DNA from: Clostridia bacterium
GTDB lineage: Bacteria; Bacillota; Clostridia; UBA1212; DUPL01
Direction of reading: 5' to 3'
DNA length: 64,000 nt
Assembly (NCBI GenBank): GCA_050951325.1
Contig: JBMNIW010000012.1
Span: forward strand, 320,001-384,000
A model generated the notes under the pieces. That model worked only from the letters and a program-made list of their open reading frames with translations. It made no database searches and was not told the origin of the DNA. Shown here piece after piece: positions 49,264 through 57,929 of this stretch. The position numbers and the translations under genes were made by a program. The stretch's first letter is position 1. Each line of letters starts with the position of its first letter.

Positions 49264-49907
49264 TGAATTTTTCTTACTTGGTCAGCATCTTCGGCCAGCT
49301 ATCGGATGGTTTGAAGTTTACTGTTGGACTATTTTTCGTAACCATAATATTTTCAGTACCGCTGGGACTTGTATTGTCGTTTATTAGAGTCGGTAGTCAT
49401 AAAATTATCCAGCGTATTTTAGGGGGATATATCTGGCTTATGCGGGGTACCCCCCTTATACTTCAGCTGTATTTCTTTTATTACGGTCTATCATTGGTAA
49501 CGTCCATTCAGCTGAGCAGGTTTAATGCAGCGATAGTTGCTTTTATCCTAAACTATGCTGCATATTTTTGCGAAATATTCAGAGGTGGTCTGCTTGGTGT
49601 AAGCAAAGGCCAGTATGAGGCGGCAAAAGTTCTTGGGTTCAGTACATTACAGACAAATGTACGGATAGTTATTCCACAAATGCTGAGAATAACACTACCC
49701 TCCGTGGCAAATGAGTTTATAACTCTTGTAAAGGATACATCACTTATCACAGTACTAGCAATTGATGAAATACTTAACCTGGCAAAAAAGATAGTCAACA
49801 CGGATGTAAACATATCAGCTTATGCGGTTGTTGCAGTTTATTACTTGATTGCCACGTTTCTGTTAACAAAACTTTTTGAATACCTTGAGAAAAAGTTTGC
49901 ATATTAG
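49263..49907 (+). CDS. Polar amino acid ABC permease
   Basis: RGTPLILQL, AAYFCEIFRGG, GQYEAA, LVKDTSL. Confidence 0.93.
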   Translation: MNFSYLVSIFGQLSDGLKFTVGLFFVTIIFSVPLGLVLSFIRVGSHKIIQRILGGYIWLMRGTPLILQLYFFYYGLSLVTSIQLSRFNAAIVAFILNYAAYFCEIFRGGLLGVSKGQYEAAKVLGFSTLQTNVRIVIPQMLRITLPSVANEFITLVKDTSLITVLAIDEILNLAKKIVNTDVNISAYAVVAVYYLIATFLLTKLFEYLEKKFAY

Positions 49908-49923
49908 GAAGGAGGGATACATT

Positions 49924-50682
49924 ATGGTTGAAGGTGCAGTTATTAGTGTAAGAGGATTGAGCAAGAGTTTTGGCAAAACTAAAGTTTTGAATAATATAAA
50001 TTTTGATGTTTACAAAGGGGAAACCATAGCCATAATAGGTCCTTCCGGTGTAGGGAAAAGCACTATGCTGCGATGTCTCATTAACCTTGAGAAAGCAGAT
50101 GCAGGAAGTATTCTGATTGATGGCGAATATCTGGTGAGGGACGGACATTATGAAAATGAAAGGACTTGCAGGAAGATATGCTCCCAAATGGGCATGGTCT
50201 TTCAAAGTTTTCACCTGTTTCCACACCTTACAGTACTTGATAACTTAATATATGCTCCAAAGTATGTAAACCGGGAAGATGAGGCATCTGCCAAGAAAAG
50301 AGCAGACGAAATACTCAGAAAAGTAGGCCTTGCTGACAGAAAGGAATCCATGCCATCCCAGCTTTCAGGAGGACAGCAGCAGAGAATTGCTATAGCAAGA
50401 GCTTTAATGATGAATCCGGAGATTCTCCTATTTGACGAACCTACCTCATCCTTGGATCCTCTTTTAAAGAACGAAGTATTGTCTGTCATGAGGCAGCTTG
50501 CAGAAGAGAAGATGACGATGCTTGTAGTGACTCACGAAATGGGCTTTGCAAAAGAAGTGGCGGACAGAGTATTGTTTGTTTCTGAAGATGGAATTATTGC
50601 AGATGATTCACCAGATAAAATATTTAACTTGCCCTCTAATCCCATAATTAAAGAATTTATATGTAGCATAAAAGCCGTGTGA
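49924..50682 (+). CDS. Polar amino acid ABC ATPase (GlnQ-like)
   Basis: GPSGVGKS, LSGGQQQR, LFDEPTS, VTHEMGFA. Confidence 0.93.
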   Translation: MVEGAVISVRGLSKSFGKTKVLNNINFDVYKGETIAIIGPSGVGKSTMLRCLINLEKADAGSILIDGEYLVRDGHYENERTCRKICSQMGMVFQSFHLFPHLTVLDNLIYAPKYVNREDEASAKKRADEILRKVGLADRKESMPSQLSGGQQQRIAIARALMMNPEILLFDEPTSSLDPLLKNEVLSVMRQLAEEKMTMLVVTHEMGFAKEVADRVLFVSEDGIIADDSPDKIFNLPSNPIIKEFICSIKAV

Positions 50683-50701
50683 AAACACGGTCTTTTTATT
50701 T
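50670..50701 (+). terminator. ABC operon terminator
   Basis: CCGTGT-GAAA-ACACGG followed by TCTTTTT. Confidence 0.75.
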
Positions 50702-50718
50702 CCGTAACTATTTTTCCA

Positions 50719-50775
50719 TTGACAGAATATAATTATGGTGTATAATAATATTACATATGAACAATTGTTCATATG
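50719..50775 (+). promoter_or_regulatory. cad operon promoter with an SmtB/CadC-type operator
   Basis: TTGACA-16-TATAAT, followed by the perfect 22-bp palindrome CATATGAACAATTGTTCATATG (50754-50775). Confidence 0.88.
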
Positions 50776-50799
50776 ATAAGATGACATAGAGGTGCTGAA

Positions 50800-51150
50800 A
50801 TGGATAATCCAACATGCAGCTGTTTTCTATTACATGAAGACATAGTAGAGAAAGCTAAAAAGGCTTTGCCTGATGAAAACAAATTGATGGATTTGGCTGA
50901 TTTGTTTAAAGTATTTGGTGATAGTACGAGAATAAAGATACTTTACTTGCTGTCGGTAAATGAGATGTGCGTGTGTGACATTGCAAACCTCATAGGACTA
51001 AGCCAGTCTGCTATTTCTCACCAGCTTAGGGTTTTAAAGCAGGCAAAGCTTGTGAAATACAGAAGAGAGGGAAAAGTAGTTTTCTATTCTCTGGATGACG
51101 ACCACGTAAGTTCAATAATAAAACAAGGTTTGGAACATATAAACGAATAG
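50800..51150 (+). CDS. ArsR/SmtB metal-responsive repressor (CadC/SmtB-like)
   Basis: N-terminal CSC, FKVFGDSTRIKIL, EMCVCD, SQSAISHQL, LDDDHV...EH alpha-5 site. Confidence 0.92.
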   Translation: MDNPTCSCFLLHEDIVEKAKKALPDENKLMDLADLFKVFGDSTRIKILYLLSVNEMCVCDIANLIGLSQSAISHQLRVLKQAKLVKYRREGKVVFYSLDDDHVSSIIKQGLEHINE

Positions 51151-51165
51151 AGTGGAGGAAAGTTT

Positions 51166-51384
51166 ATGAGAAAGACACTGACTCTGCAAAATCTGGGATG
51201 TGCATCCTGTGCAGATAAAATGGAAAGAAGAATAAATAAAATAGATGGAGTTATATCTGCAAGCATCAGCTTTGCGGCACAAAAGTTGTTTTTGGAAGTT
51301 GAAGAAGGGAAGTTTGAAAAAATTGTAGAAAAGGCACAACAAGTATGCAGAAAGATAGAACCTGATTGCAGGATAGTATACTAA
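51166..51384 (+). CDS. Stand-alone heavy-metal-associated (HMA) domain protein
   Basis: LGCASCA motif; 72 aa. Confidence 0.88.
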   Translation: MRKTLTLQNLGCASCADKMERRINKIDGVISASISFAAQKLFLEVEEGKFEKIVEKAQQVCRKIEPDCRIVY

Positions 51385-51385
51385 C

Positions 51386-53233
51386 ATGGCAAAGCGTCAG
51401 AAAATTGACATTGCAGTTATAATGGCAACTGCAATAAGCCTGTTTGTTCTTTTGATTGTGCCTGTAGACAATTCTGCAAAACTTATACCGTACATAGCCG
51501 TTTACCTGTTGATAGGTTATGAAATTCTTTTTAAGGCAGGTAGAAATATACTTTCCGGTGAAATCTTTGATGAAAACTTCCTTATGAGTATTGCAACCAT
51601 AGGTGCTTTTGCAATAGCGGAGTATCCTGAGGCAGTATCTGTTATGCTGTTTTACAGGGTGGGCGAATTCTTCCAGGATTATGTCTTGGATAAATCAAGA
51701 AAGTCCATATCGGATCTAGTGGATATAAAGCAGGATTACGCCAATGTGGAAGTTAATGGTGAACTTATAAAAAAAGACCCTCATAATATAAAGGTAGGAG
51801 ATATAATATACGTAAAACCTGGTGAAAGGATACCTTTGGATGGTGTTGTAATTGAAGGCTCTTCATCACTGGATGCAAGTGCCCTTACAGGAGAATCCAT
51901 GCCGAAGGATGTGTCAAAAGGGGACAGCGTATTGTCAGGTTGTATAAATCTTAGCGGTCTTCTTACAGTAAAGGTTGAAAAACCATATACAGATTCAACA
52001 GCATCCAAGATATTGGAACTGGTGGAATACGCTTCTGCAAAGAAAGCTAGAACTGAAAAGTTCATAACTCGCTTTGCAAGAATCTATACCCCTGTGGTGG
52101 TATTTGCAGCTGCTTTTCTTGCAGTACTCCCTCCCCTTCTGATCCAGGATGCTTCTTTTAAAGACTGGATACACAGAGCACTCATTTTTCTAGTAGTTTC
52201 CTGTCCTTGTGCCCTTGTCATATCCATTCCCCTTGGATTCTTTGGAGGCATAGGACGTGCTTCGAAAAGAGGCATACTGGTTAAAGGAGGAAACTACCTT
52301 GAAAACATGGCTATGGTTGACACGATGGTCTTTGACAAGACTGGCACGCTAACCGAGGGAACTTTTGAAGTTACACAAATTGTACCGAGGAACTCAACAA
52401 AGGAAGAGCTTCTTAGAGTTAGCGCACATGCCGAAGGTTTTTCGAATCATCCTATAGCTGAGTCGATAATAAAAGTGTATGGCAAGGAACCTGACACAAG
52501 AAAAGTAAGAAATGTCGAAGAAATTGCAGGTCACGGCATAAAAGCTTTACTTGATGGCGAGTTGATTCTTGTGGGCAATGACAAGTTGATGGAAAAGCAC
52601 GGCATAAAATACGACAGAGTGGATAAGATCGGAACTGTTGTGCATGCGGCAAAAGGTTCTGTTTACCTTGGATATATTGTAATATCAGACAAAATAAAAA
52701 TAGATACCAAAGGTGCAGTTGAAAGTCTGAAAAGAGAAGGGGTACATAATCTAGTCATGTTGACTGGTGACTCTGAAAGGACCGCAGTGCATGTGGCAAA
52801 GGAAGTAGGAATTAGGAAGGTATATTCTTCTCTTCTGCCTCAAGACAAAGTGAGTATTGTTGAAAAACTTCTTGCAGAGATGGGGAAAAAGAAAACCCTT
52901 GTTTTTGTAGGAGATGGTATGAATGATGCGCCTGTTTTGATGAGAGCTGATGTTGGTATCGCCATGGGAGCGCTTGGCTCTGACAGCGCTATTGAAGCTG
53001 CTGACATAGTTATTATGGACGACAAGCCGTCCAAAATTCCAGAAGCTGTTCAAATAGCAAAAAAGACAGTAAGAATTGTAAAACAGAACATAACGATTGC
53101 CCTGTTTGTAAAGATTCTTGTTCTTTTGCTAGGTGCTTTTGGTTTTGCCAATATGTGGGCTGCAGTATTTGCAGATGTTGGCGTTTCAATAATAACAATT
53201 CTGAATGCGGTAAGGATATACAAAGGATATTGA
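51386..53233 (+). CDS. cadA: Cd/Zn-translocating P1B-type ATPase
   Basis: LTGES, SCPCAL, DKTGT, SNHP, GDGMND. Confidence 0.92.
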   Translation: MAKRQKIDIAVIMATAISLFVLLIVPVDNSAKLIPYIAVYLLIGYEILFKAGRNILSGEIFDENFLMSIATIGAFAIAEYPEAVSVMLFYRVGEFFQDYVLDKSRKSISDLVDIKQDYANVEVNGELIKKDPHNIKVGDIIYVKPGERIPLDGVVIEGSSSLDASALTGESMPKDVSKGDSVLSGCINLSGLLTVKVEKPYTDSTASKILELVEYASAKKARTEKFITRFARIYTPVVVFAAAFLAVLPPLLIQDASFKDWIHRALIFLVVSCPCALVISIPLGFFGGIGRASKRGILVKGGNYLENMAMVDTMVFDKTGTLTEGTFEVTQIVPRNSTKEELLRVSAHAEGFSNHPIAESIIKVYGKEPDTRKVRNVEEIAGHGIKALLDGELILVGNDKLMEKHGIKYDRVDKIGTVVHAAKGSVYLGYIVISDKIKIDTKGAVESLKREGVHNLVMLTGDSERTAVHVAKEVGIRKVYSSLLPQDKVSIVEKLLAEMGKKKTLVFVGDGMNDAPVLMRADVGIAMGALGSDSAIEAADIVIMDDKPSKIPEAVQIAKKTVRIVKQNITIALFVKILVLLLGAFGFANMWAAVFADVGVSIITILNAVRIYKGY

Positions 53234-53234
53234 T

Positions 53235-53888
53235 CTATTTAAGCAAATTCAATAAGAAAATCAGATCATTGGCTGTGAGGTCTGCACCCGCAGCCAATAA
53301 TTTTTCCTCATCAAGAGAACTTGTAATGCCAACACATACCATTCCGCATCCCTTGGAAGCCTTTATGCCGCTTATTGAGTCTTCCACAACCAAACATTCT
53401 TCATAATTCAAGCCCATTCCTTCTGCAGCTTTCATAAAGATGTCAGGATCCGGCTTGTTTTTTGTTACATTACTACCGGTGATTATGTAATCAAAAATAT
53501 CTTCAGGCAATCCCAGTGCTCTTATATTTGCCTCAACTTTTATATCAGCAGCACCAGATGCAACTGAAACTTTGTATCCTCTTTCTTTTAGTTTGCTGAC
53601 TGTTTCATAAACATTTGGCATGACAGCATTTTCATGCCCTATCATTTCCGTATAAATGTCGTATGCCCTATCTTTTATTTTCTCATCATAAGGATAACCA
53701 TACTTCATGGAAACATTTCCAAAGAAATGTACCTCATCCATCCCGATATATGGCAGGAAGTCGCTTGGTAATGCGTCTATCCCAAATTCCTTGAAAGCTT
53801 TAACAGACGCCTTGAACATAACAGGTTCTGAATCAATCAAAACCCCGTCCATATCGAAGATTATTCCCTTTATTACTCTATTTTGCAA
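53235..53888 (-). CDS. HAD-family phosphatase (beta-PGM/CbbY-like)
   Basis: FDMDGVLIDSE, KPDPDIF, VEDS; TTG start inferred. Confidence 0.88.
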   Translation of the reverse strand: MQNRVIKGIIFDMDGVLIDSEPVMFKASVKAFKEFGIDALPSDFLPYIGMDEVHFFGNVSMKYGYPYDEKIKDRAYDIYTEMIGHENAVMPNVYETVSKLKERGYKVSVASGAADIKVEANIRALGLPEDIFDYIITGSNVTKNKPDPDIFMKAAEGMGLNYEECLVVEDSISGIKASKGCGMVCVGITSSLDEEKLLAAGADLTANDLIFLLNLLK

Positions 53889-53890
53889 TT

Positions 53891-56011
53891 CTAATTCCCT
53901 TTCCAGTCGATACAAAGTATTTTAGATTGATATCCTCCCAATAAGAAGTTAACGGTCTGACTGTCATAATTAACAAATGTGTTTTCCAAAGGATCATAAA
54001 TTTTCAATTCACATTCCTTATTTATATCCACAGTTACATTAGTCTTATCCTTATTGGTGTTTACAAAAAAAACAACCCTGTCAAACCCAATCTTGACATT
54101 GTTCTTGGATTTTACTACAACTCCTCTGTTTGAGTCAATCTCGATGTCTTTACTTGTATTGTCTTTTATAGTCCTTGCAATATCTTCAATTTTATCCACA
54201 ATCATTACATTACTTTCTGTGGATAACTTTTCTATTTTCTCTTTTACCATTTCACTTGTTTCATGAAATATTATTGTTACTCCATCTTTTGCTAGATTAT
54301 CAAGCCTGTCATATAGAAAATCTGGAATGCTTAGTATTCTTGGAACGACAATATGTGAATATGTGATGCCTGATTCTGTAACAGCATTTGCATCCAAACA
54401 ATCAAACTCAACCTGATGGTTTAGAAGCTCATAAATTATCCCTCTCCAGCTCTCTTCCAGCTTTAATGCTCCAATACCGTATTCCCTTTGGTCAAGCTGA
54501 TTGTCTGAGCCTTTCGTTGATACCCAAACACTTTCAATGGGATAGTATATGGCTGTGGAAATCTCTTCACTTCCACCATCGAACATATTGCAAAGTCTTG
54601 CTACAAAGGTGTTGAAAATACGGTTCTCTTCATCAGTAATTACATTGTCGTTGTAATATGATGTAAATGTGTCCACACCTAAAGCAAACTGGGTTGCGCA
54701 AGAGCCTATCATCATTTGCAGGTCTATAGGCTTATTCGCTGCACCTTGCATATGTCCGGAAGCTTCTGTCATAACATGTTGTTTCTTATGCCATTTTGCA
54801 GAAGAACTTATGAGTTTTGGAGTTTGTGCCCATTTCAACACCTCTTCAGGTATTGTGGTCAGCATATCTATTCCCGGTATGCCCATTTTCCCAATCAGCC
54901 TAAACACATTTCCTTCATATATTCCATGATGCAGTATGTTTTCTTCAAGAAGCAAATGTCCTGAAAAATGTACATTGTTGTTTTCACAATAGTCGCCTAT
55001 TTGCTTGAAATATGCTTCATAGTACAAATCTGACAGTAAAGAATTGTAATCCAATCGAATCTTTTGGGCTTTATTATTTGTTCCTGCAAACAAATAGTGA
55101 AGATTATCATAAATGTCATATCCATATTTGGTAAAAAACTCATCTCTCACAAAAGTATCCCAATTAACAACAGGAAGTAGAGGTATGGAATCATCATATG
55201 GATCATCCACCCGGGGTGGATAAAGCCCTTTATTCAAATAACCTGCCATATAGGAAGGTTCATCGGTAAAGTAGGCTTCAATATGATTGCCGTACAAATC
55301 CCCTACTGATTTTGTATACTTTTCATATGTGTTTGAAATAAATTCTCTGACTGCATCTTTAGAAGCAACACTAATGTATCTTCTGGATGCATGCACATTG
55401 TGCTGTGCATGAGTTCCTTCGTATAGATGTTTCGTTTGGAAGTAACAGACAAGGGATGTTTCATTTGGTATATAGCAGAGAGTATGATTCTCGTCCAAAT
55501 ATCCGTCAAGACAGATCCTCTCCCCTATTATTGCATCCACATAGACATCTTCAGGCTTGGAAAGCAGCTCTTGATTATCCGATTCCTTTTTGCTTTCATT
55601 GATAGGAAAAGCATAAGCTGTGAGAAAATCATGATTCTTAGCCTTTTCAATGACAATCTCATCTCCTGAATTAACCTTTATGATAGTAGCACATAGTGCT
55701 TTCGCTTCATATTCATCATTTGCCTTTAATGTAAGTCCTCCTGCAGTACCGCTGGGATAGCCGAGTTCATCGTATATCCAGACTCTCATACCTATTTCCT
55801 TTGCATACCTCACAACTTGGCTGAAGGTATTCATGTATTCAGGATTTGACAAATAATCGTCAAAGGCTACGTTTGTGACGACACCTCCGTAGCCTTTGTT
55901 TTTCAAATCTGTCATTCTCTTTTTTGCATGATTAATATCCATGCAGAGATGGTGATCTATTTTTAATACTCTGTATATGTAATCAGGATTGCTTAATGAG
56001 ATTGTTTTCAT
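53891..56011 (-). CDS. Glycoside hydrolase, GH106 (alpha-L-rhamnosidase)-like
   Basis: VWIYDELGYPSGTAGG, FTDEP, GHLLLEE, PGIDML, KLISS.A, MTEA, AIYYP. Confidence 0.62.
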   Translation of the reverse strand: MKTISLSNPDYIYRVLKIDHHLCMDINHAKKRMTDLKNKGYGGVVTNVAFDDYLSNPEYMNTFSQVVRYAKEIGMRVWIYDELGYPSGTAGGLTLKANDEYEAKALCATIIKVNSGDEIVIEKAKNHDFLTAYAFPINESKKESDNQELLSKPEDVYVDAIIGERICLDGYLDENHTLCYIPNETSLVCYFQTKHLYEGTHAQHNVHASRRYISVASKDAVREFISNTYEKYTKSVGDLYGNHIEAYFTDEPSYMAGYLNKGLYPPRVDDPYDDSIPLLPVVNWDTFVRDEFFTKYGYDIYDNLHYLFAGTNNKAQKIRLDYNSLLSDLYYEAYFKQIGDYCENNNVHFSGHLLLEENILHHGIYEGNVFRLIGKMGIPGIDMLTTIPEEVLKWAQTPKLISSSAKWHKKQHVMTEASGHMQGAANKPIDLQMMIGSCATQFALGVDTFTSYYNDNVITDEENRIFNTFVARLCNMFDGGSEEISTAIYYPIESVWVSTKGSDNQLDQREYGIGALKLEESWRGIIYELLNHQVEFDCLDANAVTESGITYSHIVVPRILSIPDFLYDRLDNLAKDGVTIIFHETSEMVKEKIEKLSTESNVMIVDKIEDIARTIKDNTSKDIEIDSNRGVVVKSKNNVKIGFDRVVFFVNTNKDKTNVTVDINKECELKIYDPLENTFVNYDSQTVNFLLGGYQSKILCIDWKGN

Positions 56012-56016
56012 AATTT

Positions 56017-56649
56017 TTAGCCTAACAATTCAACAGCCGCTTCAGCTGCCGATGCAGCATCCGGACGATAGCAGTCAGCTCCTACTTCATTGCAGAAGTC
56101 CTGAGTAACAGGAGCTCCACCGATCATGATTTTCACCTTGTCTCTTATGCCCATTTCTTTTGCTTTTTCAACAATGGACTTAATGCTGACCATGGTTGTA
56201 GTAAGCAGAGCTGAACAAGCTATGATTTCTGCATTGTTGTCAATTGCAGCCTGAACAAACGTCTCCGCAGGAACATCGACACCCAGATCAATAACTTCAA
56301 GGCCTTTTCCTTCCATCATCATCTTGACAAGATTCTTGCCTATATCGTGCTGGTCACCGGCAACAGTGCCTATTACGACTTTTCCTTTAGCCTTTACGCC
56401 TGCTTCTGCCAAGTGTGGCTTTAAAATTTCCATTCCCATATTCATTGCTCTAGCTGCAACCAGTACCTCTGGAACGTATACCTCGTTATTCTTAAATTTA
56501 ACACCAATTATATCCATACCATGAAGCAGACCTTCTTGCAATATCTTGTCTGCTGCAATGCCAGCGTCAAGAGCTTCCTGTACCAATGTCTTTACGTTTT
56601 TAGCTCTGCCCTGCTGCAAATATGTGGATATTTCTTGTAAAATGTCCAA
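56017..56649 (-). CDS. Corrinoid (B12-binding) methyltransferase cognate protein, MtaC/MttC-like
   Basis: Cap domain (YVPEVLVAARAM), DQHDIGKNLV (DxHxxG), SALLTTT, IGGAP. Confidence 0.92.
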   Translation of the reverse strand: MDILQEISTYLQQGRAKNVKTLVQEALDAGIAADKILQEGLLHGMDIIGVKFKNNEVYVPEVLVAARAMNMGMEILKPHLAEAGVKAKGKVVIGTVAGDQHDIGKNLVKMMMEGKGLEVIDLGVDVPAETFVQAAIDNNAEIIACSALLTTTMVSIKSIVEKAKEMGIRDKVKIMIGGAPVTQDFCNEVGADCYRPDAASAAEAAVELLG

Positions 56650-56827
56650 TATTAACACCCCAATCGTTTTTTAAATTCTCATTCATTATTACACACCACA
56701 ATAGCTCTGTCAATAAATAAATTATACAAATGCGACATGTTTTTGTATTATATAAATATTTTTGATGCATATGTTAAGTTGACATAATTCCCATATTTTC
56801 TATACTTATATCTTGGAGGTGAAAAAG

Positions 56828-57928
56828 TTGATAGAGATTGTTGGAAAATACAACGTGGCAAAAGTGTTTACAGACAATATGGAGCATGAAGCTTACAATC
56901 AAATAAAAGAGTTGTGCGACATGAAGTTTGCAAAAGATTCAAAGATTCGCATAATGCCGGACGTACATACGGGTATTGGGTGTACAATAGGCACCACCAT
57001 GACAATTAAGGACAAGGTTGTGCCCAATTTGGTGGGTGTGGATATCGGTTGCGGCATGGAAACAGTGAGAATAAGGGAAAAGAAGCTGAATCTTCAAAAG
57101 CTGGATAACTTGATTTATGCTAGAATCCCATCAGGAAGGAATGTAAGAAGAAATTCCCACAAGTTAGCTGATGATATTGATTTAAAGAAACTAAAGTGTT
57201 TCAAACATATAAATCACGGAAGGGCTTTGATGTCAATTGGTACATTGGGCGGTGGCAACCACTTTATTGAAGCCAGCACTGATGATGAAGGAAACTTGTA
57301 CATTGTTGTGCATTCAGGAAGCAGACATTTGGGAAATGAAGTTGCCCGCTACTACCAAAATGAAGGAGTAAGAACTTTAAATGATTCTGGTGTTCCCAAG
57401 CATTTGGCATATTTGGAAGGAAAGTTGTTTGATAACTACATTCATGATATGAATATAATTCAGCAGTATGCTGTTCTGAATAGGAAAGCCATGATGGAAG
57501 AGATATTAAACGGTATGAACCTTACTGCGGAAGAAAGGTTTACCACAACCCACAATTATATCGATACGGAGAAAATGATTTTAAGAAAAGGAAGTGTATC
57601 GGCAGAAAAAGGAGAAAAACTATTGATTCCCATCAACATGAGGGATGGAAGTTTAATATGCATAGGAAAGGGCAATGCAGACTGGAACTATTCAGCACCC
57701 CATGGCGCAGGTAGAATCATGAGCAGACGACAGGCAAAACAGGTATTTTCATTGAATGAATTTAAAAGGGAAATGGAAGGAATATTCACAACCTCAATAA
57801 ACAAGGACACCCTCGACGAGTGTCCCATGGCTTATAAAGATATGGATGAAATAATCAAACATGTAGGTGATACGGTAGAGATTGTGAAAAACATAAGACC
57901 AATTTACAACTTCAAGGCTGCCGAATAG
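56828..57928 (+). CDS. rtcB: RNA ligase RtcB family
   Basis: MPDVH, GVDIGCG, GTLGGGNHFIE, HSGSR, HNY, HGAGR, DECPMAYK; promoter TTGACA-16-TATACT at 56779-56806. Confidence 0.92.
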   Translation: MIEIVGKYNVAKVFTDNMEHEAYNQIKELCDMKFAKDSKIRIMPDVHTGIGCTIGTTMTIKDKVVPNLVGVDIGCGMETVRIREKKLNLQKLDNLIYARIPSGRNVRRNSHKLADDIDLKKLKCFKHINHGRALMSIGTLGGGNHFIEASTDDEGNLYIVVHSGSRHLGNEVARYYQNEGVRTLNDSGVPKHLAYLEGKLFDNYIHDMNIIQQYAVLNRKAMMEEILNGMNLTAEERFTTTHNYIDTEKMILRKGSVSAEKGEKLLIPINMRDGSLICIGKGNADWNYSAPHGAGRIMSRRQAKQVFSLNEFKREMEGIFTTSINKDTLDECPMAYKDMDEIIKHVGDTVEIVKNIRPIYNFKAAE

Positions 57929-57929
57929 C

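Noticed and set aside
51166-51388. HMA/cadA split as a frameshifted pseudogene
   Set aside because: There is a clean stop followed by ATG, and separate HMA genes before cadA are common in clostridia.
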